Source: Octopus vulgaris (taxonomy: Eukaryota). From it: a DNA stretch of 64,000 nucleotides. Where the stretch lies: NCBI GenBank assembly GCA_951406725.2, contig OX597828.1, forward strand, positions 7,564,001-7,628,000. The letters run 5' to 3'. The notes under the pieces were generated by a model. That model saw only the letters and a program-made list of their open reading frames with translations, was not told where the DNA came from and searched no databases. This document shows, in pieces, positions 53,075-64,000 of this stretch; positions within the stretch are counted from its first letter, which is position 1; the number at the start of each line of letters is the position of its first letter. Position numbers and translations under genes: made by a program.

Positions 53075-53845
53075 AAGTGGCAGAGGCTCAACAGCGATCC
53101 AGACTATCTTTAAATGTCGTATTATTTCCTTTCAGCAACATCTTTTAACCACCAAGTGTCGAAGTGCATCCCTTCGTTTTCATACATGAGGCTGATAACA
53201 TCATAAGAATTGGAAGGCAGCTCCTTGAGCAGCATTCTTGTCTGATAGCTTTAAACACATACTCAAAGAAATCGCACGCTTCTACTGCAGCGTATCACCA
53301 GATGAAAAGATGAGCGTATATATAAGCAGAAGACCATGCATGTATATTCTAGTTTCTACTAGTTTCAGAGATGACTGCAACATTGATCATCAACGTAGAC
53401 TATCGTGGGCCAACAAGCGGGTTACTACCTCCCACTTTGAAGGGTATGCGTTTGCAATCCAGGAACAGGAAATATCAACCAAATACCTGATGCACAAAAG
53501 GGCCAGAGATGCAGCAAATACAGAAAAATGTGACAACCGATGCGTACCTTGTGGGGTTAACACCGTAGATATCACGCAGATCATAAGCTGTTGTTCGAAA
53601 ATGTCATCATGGTATATCTACCGATGAGACATGATGTTCTGGTTAGTACACGAGACCCATCGAAAGGATAACCCTGAGGAAAAAGAAAATAACAACCCAA
53701 TGTATGAAGGAAGCCATAGCCACTCATAATAAAAAGGAGCAGTGGTGGAATATCCTGGTGAAAACTTCAATAAAATGTAAGCAATAGACCTGATATAATG
53801 ATTTGGGATAGAGAAGAGAAACTGTATACGATTGGGGAAATTTCG
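53075..53845 (+). pseudogene. R4/Dong-clade non-LTR retrotransposon C-terminal fragment (thumb, CCHC knuckle, RLE)
   Basis: GRGSTAIQTIFKCRII; EGYAFAIQEQEISTKY; RCVPCGVNTVDITQIISCC (H>Q); MRHDVL; WWNILVKTSIKCK; RPDIMIWDREEKLYTIGEIS (PD..E nuclease motif). Frameshifted. Confidence 0.88.
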
Positions 53846-54648
53846 CTAAGGCGGTGCCCTAGCTTGGCCGCAGTCAAATGGCAGAAGCAAGTAAAAGATA
53901 AATGATAAAAGATATATAGGCACACACAGAAACCAATGTAGGCACGTATGTATGGAGAGACATAAGTGCATATTCTTTTGTTTACGGTTCGTGTATATTT
54001 GGATTGTTGACATGTGTATTCAGATTTATGGAAGGGAGACATTTGTAAGTGATTGTCTATGAATTGTGTGTGTGTGTGTGTGGGGGGGTGCGTGTGTGTA
54101 TTCGAGTGTATTTGTTGTTACGGAGTTGAGTACATGTGTATGTTTGTACGCCTGTTTGCGTATATACTATTTGTATATATATATTTATATATATATTTGT
54201 ATGGATGTGTATGTGTGTGTGAACGTTTGTATGTGCATGTACCTGTGTATGTGCGTGTTGGTGTTTGGATGCTCGTATGGGAGTGTGTGAGAGAGAGAGA
54301 GAGAGAGAGAAAGAATGACAGACAGAGGGGGAGAGAGAGAAGGGAGAGACAGAGAGAAAGAGCGTGGTAACAAAATATTAGGTACACATGAGTGATTCTA
54401 TGGATGTTCATTTTTAAACAAGCGCCTGTGTTATGTGGGCGTATATGCAGTATTTTCTTCAAGGAAGTTTATGGAAGAAAGATGTTTCTGTATATATGTA
54501 AGCAAAATGATATGTATGTATATATGTAAATGTGAGTGTGTATATGTGTGACTGTGTGTGTGCGTGTGCGTGCGAATTTATGTGTATGTGTATGTGTGTA
54601 TGTGCATATATGTGTATATTTATGTTTATGTGAATATATATATGTGTG

Positions 54649-54739
<91 letters not shown>

Positions 54740-55701
54740 ATGTATGTATACGTATATGCTTGTTTATGTGCGTGAGTGTGTGAACGAGTACTTATGTTTG
54801 TTTGTGTAGTGGGAGGCCAATGTTTGTATTGGCGCTTTTATGCATATCACAAAGCGGGTCATACCTATTCATCGCATATGCTAGCGATTTTCTGAGCGTC
54901 TTTTAGTATTCATGTCCATGAATACGAGATTTGACCCAGGAAATGATGGTACCAGGAAAAGCTGCTTTGAATCAAATGTCAAGATGTCAAAAGTGTAAAC
55001 TTCCGTGGCCGTGTCAGCCCACACAAATCCAGTAACCCTAGTTCAAATCCCAGTGGCACCGAAAGGATAATACATCTCCATCTTATTTTAGAATTTCCAT
55101 TAATGCTCCTAATGTTTATTAAATAGACGTTTTATTTTTTTAAAAATATTCCTGATTGAATATAGGGAAGAAAACGCAAGGTTAGGATGAAAGTCTGTAG
55201 ATAGAAAACCTGTCTGAAGACGGAAACATCCACTAAGACCATTGTCTCAATTTGCTAAGATTCATGTTGTCCTTAAAGATGTATTACACACATCATGACG
55301 TTGCATTTTCTTTCCACTAACCAAATACATATAGACAGGCAAACATGCACACACATATACATGCATACATACGTAATGCATATATATACATACTAACATG
55401 CTTACATACATACATGCATGTATGCATGCACATAATGTGCACAGATGCGAGTGTGTATATTTACGCATGTATGTATGTATGATTTTTCTTCGAGTTTTAT
55501 CTAAGTCCATCTGAAGAGAGTTCAAGCCGGTCGCAAACAAAGCAACAAGATTTTTTTTCAATTAAGAGAGTATTCGGTGTTTGCAAATATGTTGTGGAGT
55601 TCCTGTGTTGCTTGAGCTGTCGATGTCTGTATGTGTCTTTTACTTGTCTCAGTCATTAGACTGCGGCCATGCCGAGGGATAGTCTTGATGGTATTTAGTC
55701 T

Positions 55702-55933
55702 AAGGCGGCGAGCTGGCAGAAACGTTAGCACCCCGGGCGAAATGCGTAGCCGTATTTCGTCTGCCGTTACGTTCTGAGTTCAAATTCCGCCGAGGTCGAC
55801 TTTGCCTTTCATCCTTTCGGGGACGATTAAATAAGTACCAGTTATTCACTCGGGTCGAATAATCGACTTAATCCGTTTGTCTGTCCTTGTTTGTCCTCTC
55901 TGTGTTTAGCCCCTTGTGAGTAGTAAAGAAATA
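55702..55933 (+). mobile_element. SINE family B, full length, nested in an old SINE-A
   Basis: TSD GGTATTTAGT(C/T)TAAGG at 55690-55705 and 55934-55949; A box AGCTGGCAGAA, B box GTTCAAATTCC. Confidence 0.92.
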
Positions 55934-56094
55934 GGTATTTAGTTTAAGGAACAGACCCCAGTACTTATATATTTTGAAGCGTAGTAGTTATTATATCCGT
56001 CTCTTTTGCTGAATATCTATGCTACGTTGACATAAACAAACCAATCTTGTTGTAAAGCGGTGGTGATGGACAGACACAAGGACACACACACACG

Positions 56095-56295
56095 ATAATT
56101 AATGCCCTCAAAATTTGAGTGTAGAGGAGAATGCTACGTGTCTCTTACAAGGACCGTCGAACAAATGAATAGGTGCTACAATACGTAGGTGACAGACAAC
56201 AACTCTTGAACATTGTGAAAAAACAAAAGCTCATCTATTATGGACTTATTCGAAGAAGTAGAGGTCTGGAAAACATTATCACGCAAGGAAGAGTC
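56095..56295 (+). pseudogene. RTE-clade (BovB-like) LINE C-terminal fragment
   Basis: RRMLRVSYKDRRTNE*VLQYVGDRQQLLNIVKKQKLIYYGLIRRSRGLENIITQGRV matches the RTE post-RT pattern RRxLRxxWxxxxxNxxVL...KLxYFGH. Confidence 0.82.
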
Positions 56296-56579
56296 GTATA
56301 CAAATGGATTGTTTCAAAAGTGGCAAGGCAGCTGAAGAACTCGTGCTTAATCGGTAAAACTTTTGTGGTAGTGTCACCGAAGCGTTGCAGGCGTGCCTTA
56401 TATGACGACGATATATTTAAGACAGCCTTCCTTCAATTTCCATCAACCAAAAGTACATCACTTTGTACGGCACGGGGGGCTATAGTAGAAGATATCTGCC
56501 TAAGGTGCCACACAAACTCCACTCGTAAAGCACTGGCGAGTACAATCACAAGCACAATGACACACAAACCCATAAAGTT

Positions 56580-56649
<70 letters not shown>

Positions 56650-57470
56650 TTACCAGGTAGGAGTTGGCGAATGATGTGAATATTAATTACGGTTCAGTTC
56701 AGTCTATTCTCACTGGAAATTTGAGTATGAGACATGCGTCTGACAAGTTTTTGCCAGAACTGGTTTCAGTTGACCAAAAAGAAGATTGGGCTTCAGATGC
56801 GCAGAACCTCCTTGAGTGTGTCGAGATCTTCTTATAAGTTTTTAAAAACGGTCATGACTGGGAGCGAATAGGGCGTCTAGGCTATGACCTCAAAACCAAA
56901 ACACAGTCTTCACAGTGGAAGACCTCAAGCTCTTCGAGATTGAAATAAAAAGCCTGTGAAGACACTATTTACTGTTTTTTTGTGACTGCAAGGGTTTAGT
57001 TCCTCACGAGTACGCTCTACCTGGTCAGACAATTAACAAGGCATACTACTCTGACGTGTTGCAGCGCTTACGGGATGCTTTTCGTTATTGCATGTGTCCG
57101 GTGCGTGGCAACACCACCATGTCAACGTACCTGTCCATTCAGCGCAACTTCTGCCGCGGTTTTTGACCAAACACAACATTCCCCAGGTTTGACAACCACC
57201 ACATTCTCCAGATCTCGCCCCTGGCAACATTCCCCTCATTTTAAAAATCAAATCCAGCTTGAAAGGAACACGATTTTAAGATTTTTTAGAGAATACGACG
57301 AGGCAGCTGCTCGCTATCACGACAAAGGAGTTCCATGAATGCTTCCGTGAATGGAAGCAACACTGGATAAAGTGTGTGGCTTCAGAAAGGGACTATTTCG
57401 AATTATTAATATGTGTTGTAGTTATCTTTTTTGTTGCACCAGTTCTAATCTTTTTGATCAGACCTCATTT
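56650..57470 (+). mobile_element. Decayed mariner transposon, 3' two-thirds
   Basis: Broken frames read FLKTVMTGSE, GYDLKTKTQSSQWK, GQTINKAYYSDVLQRLRDA, PPHSPDLAP, WIKCVASERDYFE; TIR remnant TTTTTGATCAGACCTC. Confidence 0.9.
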
Positions 57471-57566
57471 ATAAACAAGCAAACAAACAAACAAACATAC
57501 ATATATACATACATACATACTTACGTTCGATTTTACAACACACAAGCACACATGCACACACATACA

Positions 57567-57645
<79 letters not shown>

Positions 57646-59458
57646 TGAATCTGAATATCATTTATTTCACCAAAATCAGTTTTAATATAATCATTTGGAC
57701 ATCACGACTTCTACTAGTCCCATCTTCTAAATTATCAAAACAATTAGAGCATTGTTAAACTTTACCAAAGGATGAAACAAAAGCCCATACACAAGACTTG
57801 ATGCCCAAATAATGGACTTACTCTAATATATCATGTAATACGGGGCCGTTTATGCTGCATGAAATAGCAGTTAAATCCCTTCAAATCATATATGATCTTA
57901 TAGAAATAATCGGACACATTTGTACAATGGCAATCACTCAAAACCTGTATATTATAAAGACCGTAGTTGCACGGCAAGAGACACAGCATAGTCTTATTGC
58001 ATCAATATAATGAATTTCAATTGCCAGGTCCCTAGGGGTTGCCTAATGTCCTTTCTAGGAAAGCTTAGACTTTGGTTTCTTTATAAGAAACTCTTCTGCC
58101 TATTGACATTCTGTTCTGATCGTTTAATCTTCCTGAGGATCATTATCTTTTATCTTCTATTCATTTTAGTCACTGGATTGCGGCCATACTGGAGCACTGC
58201 CTGCCAAAGGTTTTAATCGAAAGAATCGACACCAGTACTAATCTTTAGGCATGGCATTTATTTTATCCATCTCTAATACGTGGGACTTAAACAAACCAAC
58301 ACCGGTTGTCAAGCGGTGGTGGGGACAAATACAAAAACAAAGACTCACACACACACATACATATACGACGAGCTTTTTTCAAACATACATTCACACATGC
58401 ACACAAGCTCACAAACACATGCACATACACACATGTATACATCTATAACGGGATTCTTTCAGTTTCCGTTAACCAAACTACTCACAAGTATTTGCTCTGC
58501 CTAGGGCTTTAGTAGAAGACACTTGCCCAAGGATTTCAAGCAATGGGACTAAACCCGGAACCATGTGGTTGAGAAGCAAGCCTTTTACCACATAACTCAC
58601 ATCGGTATCTGTAACTTGGTTCATTATATACAAAATATATCAGGATGGTCATGGACGGAATGCTTGTGGTTATGGCTTTACCTCATCTGACTCAGATTAT
58701 GGATTTGCGTGTACTGACTCAGATCTAGACACCAAGCATAACAAAAATATATGACTGCCTAACTGTGACGATTTATATCTGTGATGAGATAGCAAAATAA
58801 TATTAAAGGAAACGCAGGAAATATATACATATATAAAAATAAAATAAAAAATTTGAAAGAAATCAGAACAGAATAATATATCTAAAGAAATAACACAATA
58901 AATTATGTTTTTTTAAAGCTTTTCATTGATAGTGATGTTTTTTTTCTTTTTACAATGTATATTATTTTGGTCTTGAATATAAATATGTTTGCCTATTTAT
59001 ACATACACATTCATGTATATATATGATAGCGTATATATAATTTCTCTATGTAAAATATATGTGTATGGTGCACATATATATATATGCACACATACACACA
59101 TATATGAAGATATATATATAAAGCGAGAGAGATACATATGTATAGGCGTATGTATGTATATCTTTCTTTGATTGATCTCCGACGTTTATTCAATAGGTAG
59201 GTAATTATAAAGTAAATATAAATATATATCATTGAATTGGTACAAGAAAAGACAGGAAGTTCAGTGCAAAATATTGCTGCCTAAACAATATGGGACAAAA
59301 ATGTGTATATAATACATAAAGCGCGATGAAGTAAACCTTTTCTGCTGTAGTTCATCGTATCAAATAACTTTAAAAGAAATATAAGGTCCAGTTCGTTAAA
59401 CCTCACATATCTAATTCTACATTATATGTGTGCGTGTGCGTGTATGTATATGTATGTT

Positions 59459-59490
<32 letters not shown>

Positions 59491-59491
59491 G

Positions 59492-59555
<64 letters not shown>

Positions 59556-62424
59556 GTATATATATATGTATGTATGTATATATGTATGTATATGTATGTA
59601 TCAGTAAGTATGTATATATGTATTTATATACGGATATATACATAAGGGCGTGAATATATTTTTGGGGTAATTCTTTGCACTTCTTAGTTAGTTCATTCAT
59701 AATGAATGTTTAGATAAGCACTTAAACAGGCTTGCCAAGTACTGCTGTTATAATTGTTAGCTACAAAGGGTAAAGCTGGTTTATTTGTAGAAGAGTCACT
59801 GTTGAAAAATTACCTGGTTTTGCCAGATCCCAGTAACATAAACCGTAAATTGGAATCTAAAACACTTGATAAATGAAGAAAGAAATTTTAAATCATTAAA
59901 AATACGTTCATAATGATGAGAAAAGTTTTACTGCCTTAACGTATAATTCTCGTCACGAACGGTAAGGGAGACAACCGAAAGATTATAATTTCTTAAAAAT
60001 AGAATGGGGAAGAGAATTTGATTTTTGGCTGAATGCTTACAAGTGCGAACCTATTACACCTGGGCTGCTGAATATAACTTAACCGTCATTTATAGAATGA
60101 CTAGATAAAGTATAGTTTTTTTTTTGTGAATGAGTACTGAATAGTGTAATAACTTGAAAAAGCTACCCCTAGGTAAAAACCTATGATTGCATCAGTATAA
60201 GGGCTTGAACTGAAAAGAAATTTAATCCCCAAGAAAAATATTGGTTTCAAATTTTGGCCCAAGGCCAACAATTTTGGGTAAGTCAGTTTTATCGACTTCA
60301 TTGCTCAGCTGGTGGTTACTTTATCGGTATCAAAAGGTATAAAAGGCAAAGTCGGTCTCAGGGGATTTTGAAGACAGATCATACAGTCAGACGAAATGCC
60401 GTAAAGCATTTTTACCTGGTTAACGATTCTGCTGACGATTCAGCCAGTTTAGCGCCTTAATCCAACCCCAAAGGATATTGATCTCATGACTTAACAGCTG
60501 CCTGCTTCCAGTTTTTCATCCACTCTCATTTGTCCAAACCTTCAAGATATTTGAAGATATATTTTGATGAACTAGTGTAGGTCATTTTTGTCTTAATTGT
60601 GTTTGCAATGAGACTTGCAAAGATTAAACTATATCCTGCACTTAAGATTTCCTTTTACAAATTATGGTTGACTGAATTTTATCATCTATATTTAATGGGA
60701 GAAATATTCACAGATCTATTATTAGACAATCCTGAAAATATTGAATGGTCAATATGAAAATGTATTAGGTACTAAAACTGATCTTTAGTGGGTAGGCACC
60801 ATAGAATGGTAACGAATGATCATTTAACAAAAAAAATGCTGAGGAAGACCCATTTTTGTTGTAATTACTTTTTCACTGGTCAGAAAGTTTGATAAAGTTC
60901 AATAAATATCTATTTAGCTACATTTATCCAGATATTCAAAATATCGCTAGGGTTTCCAGATCGCAAGAAAGGCAAAGATTTTGATGTAATTACGATTCTT
61001 CTGGATCTGGCTGCTAGGTTTGGTAGTATTGAGCGATACGATAAAGCTGGGGATTATTTATGCTATGATTTCAATTGGCTGGACGATCACGATAACTTCA
61101 AATATTCGAAGGAACAAAAAAAGGCATCCGAAAGGAAGACAAGGATTGTGAGGAGTAGCGGATTGGAGGAACGAATGAAATGAAGTACTTAAATCAAAAC
61201 AATTTCACTTGTCCAATTGATATCGAATAAATTTCTGTAACACACTAATGTAAACTTAGACTAATCATGTAAGATAATCCAAGTTAAGCTACAAATGTTA
61301 ACGTACATATGACTGCCAGCTGGTAGAGTTTCGGAATTGTCTTGTATCTTCTGTCATTCTTTCCTTCTAGAAGCAATCGTTTGCTCAAACTTGAAATGAG
61401 ATGTTTTCCACCAATTTCAGTTGCTCAAGATATGCCGTAACTCACGATACTGTTCCAACGGGAGTTGATACGTAAATCAAGGTTATTGACAGTGTATTTC
61501 GTTCACAGTTTCTAGCTTCCTACATAGATCAAAAGATTTTAATTTATATGGTCATCTAAGACATTCTACAATGAGGATCCGAAAATCTGGTTCCTTTAAT
61601 ATCACAAATATACAGTTATGCTGATATCAAGAACACAATATTGTAATTTATCCCTTGTCAGTTGGCAACTAAAATCCAGGATGACCAGATGACTTTGGAC
61701 AAAGCAACAGCAACACAATTTTCACGCTAATATATAAAATCATTGTTTTAAATTTTTTTATTTAAGGTCAGCAGTTTCATAAGAGAAGAAAGTCGAATAA
61801 ATCGATCTCGGTGCTCAACTGACACTTATTTTGTCGGCCCCGAAAGGATAAAAGGCAAAGCTGGTTTAAGCTTGGAACGCACAGAACCAGACGAAATGCT
61901 GCCAAGCATTTTGTCCGATGAGTGAACGATTCTTCCAGCTCGTCGCCTTAATATGTAATATTATAAAAGCTACTGGAAAAACCTTATAAAGCCGTGCTGT
62001 GACAGGGTAGAAAATCCATATCACGTTGAAATACTTAACCAACTGTAATGGGTAATAGGTGTTAGATGTTCGATTCAAAACAGCTGCGATCATTTTTCAA
62101 CAATTCTCTTGCAAATTGTCTAAGACAAGGGATAAACTGGAAGCGGTTGACTAATTTTCAGTGGAGGAAAGAAGTGGTTTACGAACGGGATTTAATAGCA
62201 GCGGAAATGTGAATGTACAGAGAAAAAAAATCGCCTTTGAATTATTTGTTCCACAAACTGTGCTCGACGTTTACGATGATTTGTCTATGAGATTGTTAAA
62301 AGATAAAGAAAGTTCTTTTGGTTACACACAGGCAGTGACCCGGGAACAAAATTTTCTGGGGTGATGCAAAACCAGGTCCAAATATTTAACAGAAAAAGTG
62401 GATTTTTTTCAGTGTTAACATTAA

Positions 62425-62915
62425 ATGTCCATAGGCTGAAATGCTCATAGGCTGAGCAAGACACTCTCATGGAATGTGACTAAATGAAGTTCCTTATTTA
62501 ACATAGTTCCTCTTACTGCTCACACACTTCCATAAGTAGTTGCAGTGTTCGGATCGCACTGGTAAAGACGATATTCTGTTGGTCAAGATAGTCATCGACT
62601 GCAGATGAAAGGTCTTCATCCCATCGATACTGGTGCCCAGCTGTGTTTTTCATGTTGGGAAATAGAGATGATAATCAGATGGAGCCAAATCCATAACATA
62701 AGGAGGGGTATCAACCAGTTCAGAGCCAGTCACGCGCAGCAGCCATTGAAACGAAGGACTTGTGTGCTGAAGCATTACCCTAATGAAGCAAGATTCCATT
62801 CATTAGTTTTTCTGGGCGCTTGGTCTTGATAGCCTTTCGAAACTGCCTTAAGAAGTTGGCGTTGAACTTACCATTGCTGCTGTGATCATTTTGAAGATAG
62901 TCAATAAACAGTATT
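62425..62915 (-). mobile_element. Decayed mariner transposon, 3' part (second family)
   Basis: Minus strand: GILLH*GNASAHKSFVSMAA...ELVDTPPYVMDLAPSDYH...FPNMK. Confidence 0.85.
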
Positions 62916-64000
62916 TTTTGCATTAACGTATAGAATATGTAATAATGTGAAGTATATATTGTATATTAAAATGTTTAATTTCCGAAATATATCAAGCGAA
63001 ACAAACATAAGTCGTATAAATACAAATTGCAAGCATTTGAAAATGTGAGACACTACATGGCAAATCTAACAAAAAAGAATATAGTAATGCTTGTGTTCCG
63101 AAGGTATGAATAATTCTGTTAAGGAAAATACATTGGTTCTCATTGTAGCTTGTACATGGTGATGCGTGAGGGGTAAACACAAAGCATGGCGTCAAAGATC
63201 TTTGGTGATAATTCTCTCCTCTCTGGGTATCTCAAAAGAAATTCTTTATTTATAGCCATCTGTTAGTTCGAAATAGACCGCACATTTTTTTATCTGGCAA
63301 GCGGTCTATTTCGATGACTTAAAACATTCAATTGGCACAAACGGATATGGTCATGTGAACACTTCTAGAAAACACGCAAATTACGCCAATTGGCAGCTAC
63401 TTAAGCCTAGACAGCCAAATAATAAACATAGCATTTTCTACACTTTCATATGAGACATAGAAGAAACAAGTAACCTTCCACTCTACAGCGACCAACCACG
63501 GGGTACCAAATAGAGCATATACAAAGTAAAAAGGAAAACATACCCTCCATCTGGATTACAAGAGATGGTGCACAACAAACATCTGACAAACATCTACACG
63601 CAACGAGTTAAAAGTAGTTTGCGCCCCGGCGGGATCTTCAACAATTTTGACAATCTTTTGGACTTTCATACAAACAGAATGGTTTGACTTTCACTTTCCA
63701 CAAGGTATATTTTGTGTGAGACACCAGATGGTGCAGCTTTTGAGCACACAGCTCCTTCTTATATTTTAAGATAACCTTGCAATATAAGAGGGAGCGCGCA
63801 ACTCCTTATAATTGAAGATAACCTCGTAAGGTTATCTTATATGTTGGATCAAACAGAGTTTTTGTTTTCTCTTGAGGTATTCAGCATATTAGAGACAACG
63901 AAGTATCACTACAGCCGCAAGAGATACATGGGCATCAGCAGCCGCAGTTCTCTGCACACCAACATGTGACCACGTCCTTTGTTGAGGTGATGCATAATCA

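Noticed and set aside
1136-59700. Numerous ORFs rich in YI/CV/HT/LSIY/RE dipeptides or homopolymers
   Set aside because: Translations of microsatellites that lack stop codons; no domain content.
60480-61720. Microsatellite-free block as coding sequence
   Set aside because: No ORF of 60 aa or more in the track and no motif recognised; probably an old unclassified repeat.
1-64000. CRISPR array, operons or prokaryotic defence systems
   Set aside because: No regularly spaced repeat-spacer structure and no gene-dense coding; the window is animal repeat-rich DNA.

Overview
AT-rich eukaryotic (animal) non-coding DNA. The microsatellite load ((TA)n, (CA)n, (TACA)n, (CTAT)n, (GA)n) and the SINE families resemble an octopus genome; that is recognition, not a database result. 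No intact host protein-coding gene is supportable, and nearly all track ORFs are microsatellite artefacts. Supported content: one intact tRNA-Glu(TTC); four tRNA-derived SINE families; decayed maT (DD37D) and mariner transposons; R4/Dong-, RTE- and probable L1/Tx1-clade LINE fragments; a non-autonomous Helitron; Mutator-like elements with 9-bp TSDs; two GG-terminated MITEs. The main signal is about 13 type I hammerhead ribozyme cores (CUGAnGA...GAAA-palindrome-UH) from at least five sequence families. They lie in short non-coding elements inserted in (TA)n tracts, several as back-to-back inverted pairs, as expected for Penelope pLTR or retrozyme-like elements. Also notable are a tRNA-Glu/SINE chimera nested in another SINE and a ~410-bp inverted copy templated from 42 kb away.
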